Assembly: GCF_018977255.1 (NCBI RefSeq)
Contig: NW_024704742.1
Coordinates: forward strand, 50,532,001 to 50,596,000
DNA length: 64,000 bases
Direction: 5' to 3'
Source of the DNA: Callorhinchus milii
Taxonomy: Eukaryota
Part shown: piece after piece, positions 36,061-50,000 of the stretch
Layout: each line of letters begins with the position of its first letter
Position numbering within the stretch: the first letter of the stretch is position 1
The notes under the pieces: model-generated
The model's input: the letters and a program-made list of their open reading frames with translations, nothing else
Told to the model about the DNA's origin: nothing
Databases searched by the model: none
Made by a program: the position numbers and the translations under genes

Positions 36061-37904
36061 ATCTTCATCGCTCTTGTACATGGCATTCTTGTGATGAAAA
36101 TCCTACATGACTTTTTTAACATTTAATTTAACCCAAACAATTGATTTGTGAACACCTTTTCATGAGATACTGCCCCTTTAAATTTTAAATAATGTGACCA
36201 TATTGGTAATTTCCCTGGAAAATAAGGAGTTTGATTTTCTCTTGTGACAAAAAGGGATTGCTTTATTGACAACAACAACAACAACCAGGATCAGATGCTA
36301 AACCGAGGACCTATCTCTGTTTTGGTGGATAAGGATATCTTTGTTTCTTAAGGTTTCAAATAAGTTTCTCCTGATGTTCTGGCCAGCAATCCTCCAGATA
36401 AATTGGTCATTCATCACACAGTTGTTCAGAGGACTTTGTTGTTATTATTGTATTGCTATACTGAAGCATAATAGACTTTCTTACATGTTTGTAATGCTGT
36501 TATGTATTATAAACCAATACCAATCTGCAGCTGCTGTCCTTTAGTTGTATTAGTATGTACTGTTGGATTATCAGTCTTGGAAACTGCATATTCAAGACTT
36601 CATAAACAGTCTTACTATTTCAATTGTATCATAAGTAACCTCATTTTTTGTGACCCAATTTGTCTAAATCATTACTTTTCGAATGAAACTTCAAATAATT
36701 GAGATGGTTCTCTCATGCCTTAATTTGTCATCTGTTAGATTAGACAGTGGATCTGTACTATCCTCTTGTTGTGGAGAAAACAGGGAAGGTAATTTCATAA
36801 TTTATTTCTCTAGTAAAGAATTACCCTCAATTATATTCCTGAATGTTAGGTCGAGGTGTGTTCAAATCTACTGAGCAGACTGCCCTCTGGTGGAGGATGC
36901 TATAATTTTTTACAAGCTTGGTAAAGCATACATGCCTTCTTAGAAAGTTACAGAACCTGTGCATGAAAAGGAACCGACCATTATTTTAACAGAAGGTTCC
37001 TTAAATCAATGAATATGTACCTGAATAGTAACACAATGCCTGTATATGCATTTGGGGAATTCAGGAAAGACAAATAGATTGAAAAAATTATGCAAACTTT
37101 AATCATCTACAATCAGCCATGTATCATTACATCCCTCTCTGTCATAACAAACCAAGTGAATATCATTGTTCACAAAATTAAAGTTAATGACAACAATTTA
37201 CATTTATACAGCTCTTTTCAGCTTGGGAGAACAGCTCAAAGCGGTTATCAGAGCGGTTCACAGCTGACAGGTTATGGAGTGCTGGGGAGGTGAGTGGGAG
37301 GTCTGAAAGTGCAATAAAAAAATAGGATTTAAGTTGGGTTTTGAATGTGGAGAGGGAGGGACGGAGCAAGGTGAACCAACTCCGGATGGTACAAGGATAA
37401 CTTGTCATAGACAGTGTACTTTGTGAATGTGACCAGTGCTGTCCTGATACCATGAGTTTATCAGAAGCCAGATGGAGGGAATCATACTAGGGTCCAGTGT
37501 TGGTTTTTAAGGAAGAGGGTAATGCTGGTTGTTTTAAAATGTCTCAAAATACACACAGTCACACCACATTTCAGTATACCCTATGAGGTGCTTTGAGACA
37601 TCTTGGTAATGTGTTAAAGGGTATATCAAATGCAAGGATGATTATTTACCTGCCAGAAAAAAGTGAGAGTTTGATGACGTTTGCTAGCAGGGTGACAAGA
37701 AGCAACAGTTGGGAGAACAAGAGCTGTGGGAATAGGATTAAGCGAGATGATGGATTTCATGCTGGAGGAGAGGGATCAGAGGAAATGAGATCAAAGGTGA
37801 GAGGGTGGGGAAGTGGAGGCAGTGGTTGGTGGCGAAGGGGAAGTAGGCTGAAATAGAAAGAAAATTTCACCAAGATGAGGGAGTAATGATAGATTTTGCT
37901 GTGG

Positions 37905-38768
37905 TTTTGTTCAGTATCATCAACCTCTCTGGTTCTTCTCGTATGACCACTCCATTCTCCTCCATCATCTTTTCTCATGGTCCATGGCATCAGTTTCATG
38001 GTTCCAATTCTACCTGTTAATACATGATCTACTGGTGTTCTGCTTACCAGATTTGGTGATAGACCATGATGCCAGATTTGAGCCATGCCCAGGGGCTTAA
38101 GTACATAGGCTTTGAATTACAACTGGGAGACTTATGGGGTAGCAAGAAGCAGTTTGATATTTGGTAGGGGTGAGCATATTGCGGTTGACCAAGGGAGTTA
38201 TTGAGTAGCTTAATAGATATTACACCAATAACGACAATGAAGTTGGAATGAGACACATGCATATTATCTCCTGTGACAAATGTGTTAAAAACATACATCT
38301 GCTTTTAATAATAATAGTCCTTGCACTTTGATATAGCGCCTTATCACATCTTTGAGGCATCTCAAAGCACTTCACAGAATATACTGTAAAGTGAATTGAC
38401 TGTATATGTTGTGGGTGATACAGTCCATGTTTTGCCCACAAAACATTGTAACCATAATTACCTCATATTAAGGGTGAATCACAATTGGAAATCTCACACC
38501 TAAGATTTGCCCAATTTAAAAGCTGTGGATATAGCTCAAAGAATCTAATTTTATGATGTAGATTTGAACATCAAAGAATCTGAGAATTGTGCATCATTGC
38601 CAAGTTATTTGGAAAGAGAATGATGGTAAGCAGAACATCAGTAGACCATGTATTAACAGGTAGAATTGGAATCATGAAACTGATGCCATGGACCATGAGA
38701 AAAGATGATGGAGGAGAATGGAGTGGTCATACGAGAAGAACCAGGGAGATTGATGATACTGTACAAAA
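37905..38768. repeat. Inverted duplication, 145-bp arms (37905-38049 / 38624-38768), 6 mismatches
   Basis: Direct comparison; also visible as the same peptide in opposite-strand ORFs 37757-38086 and 38587-38829. Confidence 0.95.
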
Positions 38769-40903
38769 TAATGAAGGACTTCACAAAATTTTGTATGTTT
38801 CAGATTGTGAAAATTCCTATACTTTCTAATCTGGAGTCATCTTTCCAGATCAGTGTAAAGGAGTGAAACTATTTTCTCCTATTTTTATTGGCTGTTACAC
38901 TAGTAGCCTTACAAGCATAATGAAGCATAGCTATATAAGACAGTATGAGGCATCATATAATTCTTTGCTTAATTTTGATTGGTTCATCTAATGTAAAAGT
39001 TATCCTTTTATTGCAACATAAATGGACAAGCACATTTGGGTTATATAATAATCCTTGCATTTGATGTAGCACCTTATATCATTGGGACGCCTCAGTGCTT
39101 CAAAGGATATGCTGTAAAATGGTGTGACTGTGTATTTTGTGGGTGAACAGGGTAGCCAATCTTTGCACACAGCAATGTCCAATATGCTGTGTTTATGGAG
39201 ATACAGCTTCTAGTAAGTAGTTCTGCCAATATGTTTTTAGCTATACTTTATATTTGTTTTATATGAATTGCAGTACTACTATATTGTTGGAGATGCCCTC
39301 GGATCAAACTTTAAACTAAGGTATTGTCTCCCTGAACAGGATATAGATTACTTGACACTATCTGAAGAGAAGGAGACTGGCAACAGTGGGCAACAGATAA
39401 TAAACTTGTTTTGGGACATCCTTCCGACATGAAAGGTGCTATATAAATACAATTTGTTGTTGTTGTATGCACCATGGCTTCTATATTTGCCTACAAATAC
39501 ACAGTCACTACACCTTACAGCAATTAACTGTGAAGCACTTTGAGATGTTTTATATCAACCAGATTTATTTTTATTTTTGAGGGACATTGTTTTTCTGAAA
39601 TTGAAATTCACATGTCCACATTTCTAGTAAATGTTACTGAATAATGGTCAGTAATTGGAAATTCTACCTCAATTTCCTGAGGTAGTCTTCTTATGCTACG
39701 CTGAGATCTCTAACTCAGTAAACCTAATATCTTCCTGGTCTGTACAGATGAGTACCATACCTGACAGTATGTTTATTCACTAAGCCATCAGAGGCACACA
39801 CAGATTGTCCTAAATAGAAAGGTAACTTTACAGAGAGGTAGAATTAGTGGTAAGCACTACTATATCTGATTTAGTTCCAATGACAATGAAATATCTCAAA
39901 CGCTTCACAGTTAAATTGCTGTTCCCTACATAGGATTTTAGTGTTGCTTTTTGAAGCTTTAACTTTTTAAACTATGCTTGATTATAAAGTGCTCTATTTT
40001 GAAATTAGATCATAGGGCAATTGATTCCTTTTCAGTTTGTCTAAGTTGTACGAGGATGTTAGTCTCTTTAGAGACATACAGTAAGATACTCCTCATGGCC
40101 TAAGTGTTCTGTGGTGGCTTTGATGATGTGTATGAAACGACTGAATGTCCATGTTAGCGAATTCATGGTTTCTTGCCTATAATGCCTGGAGGCCAACAAT
40201 TTTTCAAGCTTCGATAAATATTTGCTAAAATGTAGAACCTACTTGATGAAAACACGGTTTTGGTCTCTGAAGAGACTGAAGACTCAGGCAGCAATAATAT
40301 TCAACAAACAACATTTTGTTTTCAATGCATCTATTTGATTCTCTGTAGAACCCAAATCTGGATATTTTAAAATGTTCAAGCTATTGTGTTATAAAAACAA
40401 AAAAACTTAAACATGGTGTGGCTAAGCACTTCAAATTTCTTGTGATGTTCTGATGTGAAAGGCATTATACAAATGTAATGTATTGTTGTTGATGTGGTTA
40501 ACTGTTCAGAAGTCACTTATTCCCCATGGAAACACTCATGGTTGTGCAGCCCAAATGTATGTTTTTGTGCTATGTGTGCATGTGAACAACCCGTTATGAT
40601 CCCCAGAGTATCTGTGTTTCTGGCCATTTGTGATAGTAGTGCATTTCAAACTTGGCTAACCCGTGTCACACCATTTCCCAGGTGATTGTGTTAATGCCAC
40701 AGTTTCAGGTTGTGCTTCCAGAAATCCTGCCCAGAATATGCTTGCGATATCTATCTATTTTACATTACAGTTTATTAATTTCAAGGTGTGAGCTGATTCT
40801 CTTCATCTATAACATTTCTCCACAAGAAATGGAATGAACACTTTGTGGGAAATAACTTCTCTTTCATTTAAAAGAAAATTATTTCTATACTTAGGAATAC
40901 ATC

Positions 40904-41229
40904 GGTGTCCTGTAGCTCAGTGGTTAGAGCACTCGCTTTGCAAGTGAGAGACCTGAGTTCAATTCCAGGCAGGGCAAAACCTTGGGCAAGTTTCCTTACT
41001 CCACACGCCTAATAATAATCCCTTCAAAAAACAAAACAATAATAAATTGGTCATTTTCAATCTATGACTGTTTGTGGGACATTGCTGTGCGCAATTGGCT
41101 GCCGCGTTTGCCCACAAATATATAGTCAATTCACTTTACTGTGTGTTCTGTGAAGCGCTTTGGGACGTCCTCCCGACGTGAAAAGCGCTATATCAAATGC
41201 AAGGATTATTATTATTATTATTATTATTA
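40904..41229 (+). mobile_element. Full-length young tRNA-derived SINE with L2-type 3' tail
   Basis: A-box TAGCTCAGTGG, B-box GTTCAATTCC, Deu-like core CTGTTTGTGGGAC...AATTGGCTGCC, stem-loop tail and (TTA)n. Confidence 0.92.
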
Positions 41230-44200
41230 CTGTCCTGTATGATTGACATATCAGGAATATTCACTTATTAGTGATTTTGCAAGAATTTTCTATTACATAG
41301 TTTTTTCATTCTTTGAATTTCAGCGACTTTCCAAATCTAAGCTGCCAAAAGCATTTACGGCTTGTAACATGTAGCTGTAGTTTGGTAGGTTGGTAGGTTG
41401 AAAATAACACATATCTAAGTTCCAGTGTAAGTTTTGCGTATAGAATCCAGTATATTCTTACTGGATTTAAGATATGTACGTAACATGGCACCTCTTTTGT
41501 AACATCATAGGAGCTTCAATTAGAACAGTTTTCTATCAGTTATGCACTGTATAAAGATCCCTGAAAGTCTGACCTATTGACCTATATACTAAGAGACAAT
41601 CAAAGTCTACAACAACATGCAGCAAAATCTGTCTTGTCATTGTTGTAGTTTCACCCACTTTTTTTATGGGAAGTGGAAGTTTGTTGTCTTTTCCATTTCT
41701 TCTAATGCCAGCGCTACTTCTACTTATCTGATATGAGATGTACTGACTAAAATATGGTCTATATTGGTTTTCTGGTCCATTAAGGGTGCTAGAACATCCC
41801 TGTTCCAGTCTGTGTGCGGAACAGTGTGTAGAGGCTCTGTGTGTAGAGGTTATCACAGAAACAGTTCTATCCCAAATTAATGAAGATATCTGAACATATC
41901 AGCAAGCAGTCCAAGATTAACAATTCATTTTTTTAAAGATTAACTCACAAGTGCTGGACAGTCACATTCTGATATAGTGTCTACAATGGTAACCTGTCTT
42001 TCCTCGTGTTGTCAGTTCTTACCGTAGATCTTGTCATCAGGGAGGAAGAGGAATGGTCAGCAGGGCAATCATAGAGCTCCTCTTGTGAATTTCCTGGCTT
42101 GTATATAGAATAGTATTAGCAGAGGTGTTGGAGCAAATCATAATTCAATAGGATGATACACAGAATAAGCGGTTTGACTTATGAAGAAAGATTGAAAAAT
42201 CTGGGAATATTTTTCTTCGAATAGAAAAGGTTAAGAGAGATCTGAGAGAGGATTTTAAGGTGTTAATGAAGTAAACAAGGAGAAATTATTTTCAGTGTTC
42301 AGTGAGTCAGTAAACAGGAGGACAGTTATATATTATCATGATTTTGAAAAGAGTTAGTTTTGTCTACCTCAGGTAAGAAAAAAATTGCACTTTTAATAGC
42401 ACTTTTTCATGTCAAATTTTATCAAACCTTTTACAGTAACTTCTGTCATCTGTAATTAACTGTTTAATAAGCAAAAACAGAAGCCATTTGCCAGCAAGCT
42501 TATACTTTTATTCAGGGATGAATCCCTAGTTAATTTGCAGGATTCACACTCAGACAGGACTTCAGTTTAAACAACACAACTGTCTCCCAGGATTGCATTA
42601 GACTGCCATTCTTCACTGTGAACCCATGTCCTAATGTGGGACCAGGCAGGTCCACAGTACTCCAGGGCACTGCTGATGACAGCACAGTCAGGCTGGCTCA
42701 TCAGCAGGACTCGGAAAGACAGACCAGGCACTGTGGGCTCTCATTCAGCTCCAATTAACTCTGCAAACCAATTCCTAACGGTTAGGGTGGTCCGTGCTGG
42801 ACAAGGAGTGGGAAAGCTTGCCAGACAGCAATATCAATGGCAAGCCTTGTGGTTTTAGCTGATTAGATTCCAGCAGCATACTCTGGGAACCACAAGCCTT
42901 GGCTCTTGCCAACCTGTGCCTAATACTTTCCGGAATCAGGTAAGCAAGATGCGCCCTTCCAGGGAGAGAGTGTGCACTGCATTCCAATAATTTATTGGAA
43001 TTTCCATGTTACCATTTCCACTGAGCTGCAAAGATCAGATCTACGCTGATTTAGTTGATCTTGTCCAGTTCTCTGATGGGATGAGATCAGTTTCAATGAC
43101 TACCACAAGTGGTGTTACCCAACCATTTTCACAATATCAGGGAATTATTGGTGTTGGAACGGACGAAGCAGACATTCCAATGATGTGACATCGTTGGTGA
43201 TAATTATGACATCGAGTGTATATTTTCACACCGATGTCCTGCGATTGAATAGCAGTCACTGGCAAAGGAAGCAATGGCCATTTGGGTAAGGAATCTAAGA
43301 CCTGTTGATGTCTGTGTAATTATAAATCAGCATGATTTAACACCTTGAGGAGTGGAAAAAAATTGCCTGGGAAGAGTTGCCATGTTTTCATGAAGGTAGT
43401 GCAGCCTTTTGTACTGGACTGATTGAATGTTGTACTGGGATTGAGAGGCGTATCTGAATTGTGATTCATCGCAGTTAATGCTTAAGGTTACTCTAGGATA
43501 TATTTGATTTTTTTAGGTGGGGGAGGGAGAGGAGGTGTGACATAATCTTAAACTTAGAGCAAAGCTTCTTAAAAGTGAAAATAATTAAGCCAAATAACAG
43601 AACAAGAAAATGCAGGTTAAGGGCTGTGAACGGCAATTTCAAGACAGAGGCCAGAAAGTACCTATTTACGGAGGAGAATTAATGGTTGTGAGTCCCAGTT
43701 TTTTAAAACTTGTCTTAAGACCTATCTTCAACCACTTATCTCCCCTCATTCCCAGTTTAGGTGTCCAGTCAGCTGTGTGAAGTGCTTCGAAATATCCTCC
43801 TAGTGCGGAAGGCACTATATAAATGTAGATTGTGGTTGTTGACATAGACTTCTGACTGGAGGGCAGCAGCTACAGGAATTACAATTGTTTTACATTACCT
43901 TTTAGCACGACTTGACTTCCGAAAATAAATTAGTGGCCAGGATTTGTTACAAAGGCCATTTCTTCTCAGAAAGCAGCAGAACTTGGTTTCCTCCAGGAGG
44001 TTGTTTTCTTGGGCTGTTGGTTGTCTTGTTTGTTGCTGAACCTGTTGTGATCCTGCAATGAGCAATGTCTTGGGAAGATGGTTGTTTTGCCACTGGGGTT
44101 ATTGTAAATGATTTAACTTTGATCTTTCTAACTCCGCATTGCTAAAAGGCAAGCTGTGTGGTTTTGACTGTTCCACATGTGTCAGACATCTGCCTGACCA

Positions 44201-44258
44201 AAAAAAAGTGTTCCCAGGTACAATCAATTCCCAGAAAATTAGCCAACCACTCAATCTT

Positions 44259-44870
44259 TACAACAACAAAATTATATTTGTAAAGCGCTTTTCACATCAG
44301 GAAGATGTCCCAAGGCGCTGAACAGTTGGGGATCAGGACCCGAATGTGGAGAGGCTGGATTGGGATGAGGGAGGGCAGGGAGGTAGGAGGGTGGCTAAAG
44401 GCATGTCTAAAAGGAGGGTCTTGAATCATACCTTGAAGGAAGAAAGGGAGGGAGTAAGGCGAAAGGTTTGTGGGATGGAGTTCCAAAGGGTGGGGACAGA
44501 GAGGCTGAAAACCCGGCTGCCGATGGTAGGGTCGGTTGGGCGGGAGACATGGAGCAGGCCGGAGCCTGCTGAACGAAGGGAGCGGACAGTTTGATAGGGG
44601 GTTAGCGGGTCAGAGAGGTAGTGGAGGGCCTTGAAAGTGAGAACCAGGATTCTTAACTCTATCCTCTGAGGGATGGGGAGCCATTGGAGCCGGGTAAGGG
44701 TGGGGGTGATGGTGTCCCGGAGCCTGGTGCGGGAGAGGAAACAAGCTGCAGAGTTCTGGATGATCTACAACTTGTGGAGGGAAGAGTTGGGGAGGCCGAC
44801 AAGGAGGGAGTTTCTGTAGTCGAGCCTTGAGGTGCCAAATGCGTGTATGAGGGTTTCGGTGGGCCTGGGG
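44259..44870 (-). mobile_element. L2 LINE 3' end
   Basis: Similar to the 11602-12340 copy. Confidence 0.9.
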
Positions 44871-47800
44871 GCTGCGCCAGTGGCGGTGCCGGTTCTGGAG
44901 TCGGTTTACATTTGAAGGTTGGTAGCACTGTCTCCTCTAAGTCTGAAGGTTGTTGTTTCAAGACCTATTTTGGGGTCTTTGAGTTTACTGTCCAGCTTGG
45001 CACTGCAGTATAGTACTGGGGGAAATCGTTTCCTAGTCAGATATGCCATCCTCAGATGAGACATTAAACAAAGGTCCCGTCTGCCTGTTTATGTGGACTT
45101 TGAAGATCCCATGGCATGTTCATAAAATGCAGGAAGTTTCTCTTGGTGCCCTGGTCAAAAATTTTCCAGATAAGTTGCTTCTTTTACATCAAGTCTCTTG
45201 GTGCAATATTGTATTGTATAAATTGGCTGCTGTGTTGCCCACAGATGCCGCCCTTACATTAATGAAGTGCTTTGAAACCTTTTGATGTTATAGGTACAAT
45301 ATCAAATACAAGAATTATGATTCTTATTGCTATATTTAATTCTAGACAATAGGGTCTAATATGTTGTGATTTCTAATGTGTTTTTTCAATAAGGAAACCC
45401 ACTTGTGAGAACTTACCTATGGTACGATTTCTCTTCAGAATAGAATTCCTTTCGGCCATTGTGACATGTGACATGTTCTGGTGATCAGAAGGAATTTCAC
45501 ACTTGGATATCTTATTAAGAAAAAGTGTTGGAAATTTCTACATATTGGACCCCAAGGAATGTCAACAGGGCTATACAACCTGGGTAGTCAACTTGATCCT
45601 ATCTTCATTCATGGAATCTTATAGACTATAGATACAGTAAAAATCTGCATAAATCGTCTAATCACCTATGTAGTACCTCTTCCCAAGTCCTGTTGAAATT
45701 TTTATTAAATCCATTTTAATTTGTCTGCATAAGTCGTATTAATATTCACACAACTCGTAATGCTGCTACTGCACTTGCCGTTACCGATCCTACCGGCTGC
45801 TGAGTCAAAATTTAATTTTCCGCACCTCCTCCAACGGAGCACCACACATACTCATCCTGACTCTCCACATCCTCTCTCCTGGGGCGTAACATCAACATCA
45901 TCAACGTGATTGATAATTCAGTTACAATGTAAATATTGTAGTTCTTTTTAAGAGTTTATATTCTATTAAAACAGTTCTGTTTTGAAACCTGTTTGGTTGT
46001 GCCAATCATTGTACAGTACATGTTTTCTGCACATGAGGTACAACACTGTGCTGTTATGTACACGGAAAGAACGGGATACCATAGTTTTAACGTGCATGGG
46101 TTAATCATGGTACAGAAGCCTTGCCTTAATATCGCCAGCCAGTTCACTGCTTATTTGTTGTGTGTAAGCCATATAAAAACCTTTACAACTTTATGAGCCA
46201 AATATGATATGACTTATGCAAGTTTGACATATCTCATACTTTGCATAAGACATTAAATATATGGTCCCAACTGATGCGACTTAGGTGTGGTTTACTGTAT
46301 TACTTTCATTGTGCATTTAATGAAGTTTAATGGATGCAATTACACATATAAGGCACATATGACAGACACATATTAGCTTATAAGAGCAAAACCTGAAAAA
46401 GCACTGCAGGACAATCTATGCTTATTTTGTAGATTTGAAATGACCCCCCGGTGCCCTTAATTCAACTCTCTTGCGTTGTCTTGTTTGATGCTACACCTCT
46501 TGTGATCCTGTAATGAGCACTGTCTGAGCACAATATTGAGCCATCCTTTTTATTCCAAGTTATTTTCTGAATCTGCCCTATAGCTCAGTTAAATTACTAG
46601 TGGCAACTACATTTTGGATTCCCGAAGCACTTTATTACTGTAGTGCAAGTGCAGGTTGAAAATATTTAAAGCCATTAACTTTGCTGAAATTGAAAAGGCA
46701 CTGTCTTCATGAAAAAATGTCTGACACATTTCTTATTTGCTTATATAGTACAGCAAAATGAGAGTGTTGCAAAATGAACCATTGTGTCGCTTCTGCGTAA
46801 CCTCATTGTGTTGAAATGATGCACAGCTCTTCTGGCTCATAAATAAGGTTTCCTAAATACTATAGGCATAACCTCTTTAAGTCTGGTTTAGTAATACTTT
46901 ATACAAAGAATGTTGAATGTGGAGCACATATCTAGTAGTCAGACCCTGAGGCACATGCGAGTTGTTCTTATTTCTACTGAATTATGCAGTGGTCAGAAGC
47001 AGTTGTGAAGAAGGGACACAGTGCTTGTCGTGACCCTTGCAGAATATGAACATTACATATGTAATACGTTGCTACACAGAGCATAAGTCAACAAGAAATG
47101 TGCTTGCAGTTGCAAGAGGAAAATAATGTTAAATGTACTGTGTGACACAACATTCAAAACTGATAAGTATCTGGAAGGGATATCTTGCCAGAGCAGAGCT
47201 TCAGGCAAGCATGGCTGTGCAGATATTAAAGATGTCTTATAGTTTGTGTTTGAAAGTAACAAGCCTATGCTTCTGTGAAACATTTACAGCTACTTAGAAA
47301 TGTTTTTAATACTTGAGCAATAACATTTTGATGTAAGAAGGCTATTTTTAGGCCCAACAGGCTTGTGTTTTTTATGGTTATTGAACTCTAGATACTTGCC
47401 TTCTAGTTTCAATCTCTTATTTTTCTCGAATTGTGTCTGGTTCCTCTAAAACCCATTTTTAATATAAATTGGTGTTCTTCACTCATAACAGCAGCTTGTG
47501 AAACTGCTAATTCTTTGATAAGAAACTTAGACTGTTACCCTAGTAATTGGCATTAAAAATAATTCTAGTTCAATAGCATCAGTATTTCAATTTGTTAAAG
47601 TTGAGCAGTTGTACAAATGGAATTCAGACAAATGCAAGCTAATACGTATTCAAACAAGAAACGGTAAATGTTCACAAAATGTAGGAACGCTACATCGCGG
47701 AGGGGAGAATCCTTCCTTCACAGTATTAATTTTTTTTAAATAAACGTCTTAGCTTTTGAGAGGGAACTAGATGGATATCTAATGCAAAAAGGAATAATTT

Positions 47801-48874
47801 AAAGGGGTTTAGGATAAAGGTTGGTCTTTCAAAGAGCGAGGACAGTCATGGATGGGTCGAATGGCAGCTTTTTGTTCTGTAAGGTTCTATGATTCTAAAA
47901 ATAAGTCAACTCCGTTCTTATCCATCCACCAAACTAATCCAGTAGGGAACTTCATGCAAACCATTTGAGACAATGCCTTGTGGGTAGAAGGATTGCCATT
48001 AGGGTACTAAGCATGTTACTCAGATGAGGCTCAGTATGTTACTACTGTGCAGCTGCTTGACTTCTAGCCACAAGCTCCATAGTAGGCTGTGCAGCTGTCA
48101 TTAATGAATGGACAGCAGTCCAGTCTCTCACAGGTGGGTTACTTTTAAGATTCTGTTGTTATGTTTCAAGATGTTTGGATTTGGAGTGAATGAATGTTGA
48201 AGTAATCGATTTTAGGCAAAAGGGAATTTGATATAAAATACTTTCAAAATGTGCATGTAGAATTTCCATAAATTAAGTCTTCAGTATAAACATTGTTATA
48301 GATCACTGTATTTATCACCACAGGATTGAAAATGCTAATTATATCACAAGATCAATCCACCATCTAAAGTTATTTGATCCAAGCTTCTCATGAATCAACA
48401 TTGGGATTCAACTGGTAAATGAAGTGGATTAAAAGCTAAGCCTTTTATTAACTTTAGTAGAATTGATTTTCAGTTTATCAATCATGAAGCAAAGATGCAT
48501 GTAAATTATCTATAGTTTAACAAAACATTGTAAGTTCAGTGACTTTGAAGGTTTTTTTAATCTCCCCTACCAACTCCTGTACTGAGTTGTGCTGGGGAAT
48601 GGTTACACTAACACAAGCAACATTCTTTTACCACGCTTAAGAGATTGTTCATTTGTGAATCCAGCTCACAGGATATGCAAGAAAGAAGCCCAGCCTGATT
48701 CCTTTCCTACCTGACGGTCACACACTCACAATTTCCAATATTACCCGATAAAGATGAACCCTGGCATTTCCTCCTGGATCAGTGTAACTAAGGACATATA
48801 TAGTATTCTTTCCACTGCCTCATCTGAAATGCTAACTTTGCACTGATTGCAGATGGATCTTGAGCATCTATGGT

Positions 48875-49121
48875 TAATAATAATAATAATTTGATAATTT
48901 GATATAGCACTTTTCACGTCTTCTAGACATTTCAAAGCGCTTCACAGAATATACTGTAAAGTGAATTGACTGTATATTTGTGGGCGAAACTCGGCAGCCA
49001 ATTGTGCACAGCAGTGTCCCACAGACAGTCGTGGATTGAAATGACCAATTTTGTTATTGTTCTTTTTTCTTGACGGATTATTATCAGGCGTGTGGAGTAA
49101 GGAAACTTGCCCAAAGTTTCA
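48875..49121 (-). mobile_element. SINE lacking tRNA head
   Basis: Same family core and tail. Confidence 0.9.
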
Positions 49122-49481
49122 CATAGAATATGACACTGAATCATTTGTCAGGGATTTAATGCCATGCTGCATTGACTTCAAATTAATTTCATGGTAGATA
49201 TAATGAGTGGCAAATCTAGTGAAAGAATAAAATTAAATCTCCGACTTCCTAACTTTCCTCCCCAACCATACACCAAGTAACTGTTTTTCTACGGTTAGTA
49301 CAGTATATCCGTTTTTGTAGTATACATGTCACTTTGTATTGTAAATAAACCGTGAAAATTTGGGTTTTGTGTTTGTTGATGATTTTACTCTATTCAGTCC
49401 AATTGGTGACTGTAGTGAGGTCTTTCCAAGTCATAGTTATTCTTCAAATGTTAATTCAGTTCCTTATTTACCCCTTAGTGG

Positions 49482-50000
49482 GTTTGTTTTGGTCAGACCG
49501 GAGTCAGACACCATGCGCAAACCCATCATCGTGCTTAAGAGTATCCAAACTAAACTGAGAATTCGATGCATCACACCAACACATGGAAATTCTAGAGATA
49601 GGTTGCTGGAATGGAATCCACATTCTTTCCCTGGAGGGGTGCATCCTGCTTACATAATTCCAGAAAGTATTAAATGCAGGTTGGCAAAAGCCATGGCTTG
49701 GGGAACCCCAGAGTTGGGGTACTGCTGGAGTCCAACCAGCTAAAACTGCAGAGCGTACCATTGATATCGCTGTCTGGCAAACTTTCCTGCTGCTTGTCCA
49801 GCAAAGACCAAACTACCTGATGGTGCTTTGGCATGCAGGGTTAACAGGAGATGAGTGGGATGACTCTATGCCTTCAGTGACTGCTCTTCCCTTCCAGATC
49901 CTGACGATGAGCCAGGCTGGCTGTGCTGTCATCAGCAGGGGCCTGGAATACTGCGGACCCGTCTGGCTCAGAAACTAGACTACCAAAACTGCCGCAGAGG
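49482..50000 (-). mobile_element. Unclassified ~500-bp A-tailed interspersed repeat; other copies at 14760-15059(+), 17090-17520(+), 42638-43010(+), 61295-61610(-), with 3' ends at 19963-20055(-) and 44168-44208(+)
   Basis: Shared blocks CTCTGGG..CCC.AAGCCTTGGCT.TTGCCA, GGTAAGCAG, GTTTGGACACTCT, ATGTGTCAGAC...GACCAAAAA. Confidence 0.75.

Noticed and set aside
40904..40975. tRNA-like sequence (also 23035, 29410-29483, 35490-35562, 52000-52073)
   Set aside because: These are SINE heads continuous with the SINE body and tail, not stand-alone tRNA genes.
42670..42725. CTGATGA...GAAA resembling a hammerhead ribozyme core
   Set aside because: CTGATGA is sequestered in a simple hairpin with TCATCAG, and I could not build stems I-III around the GAAA.
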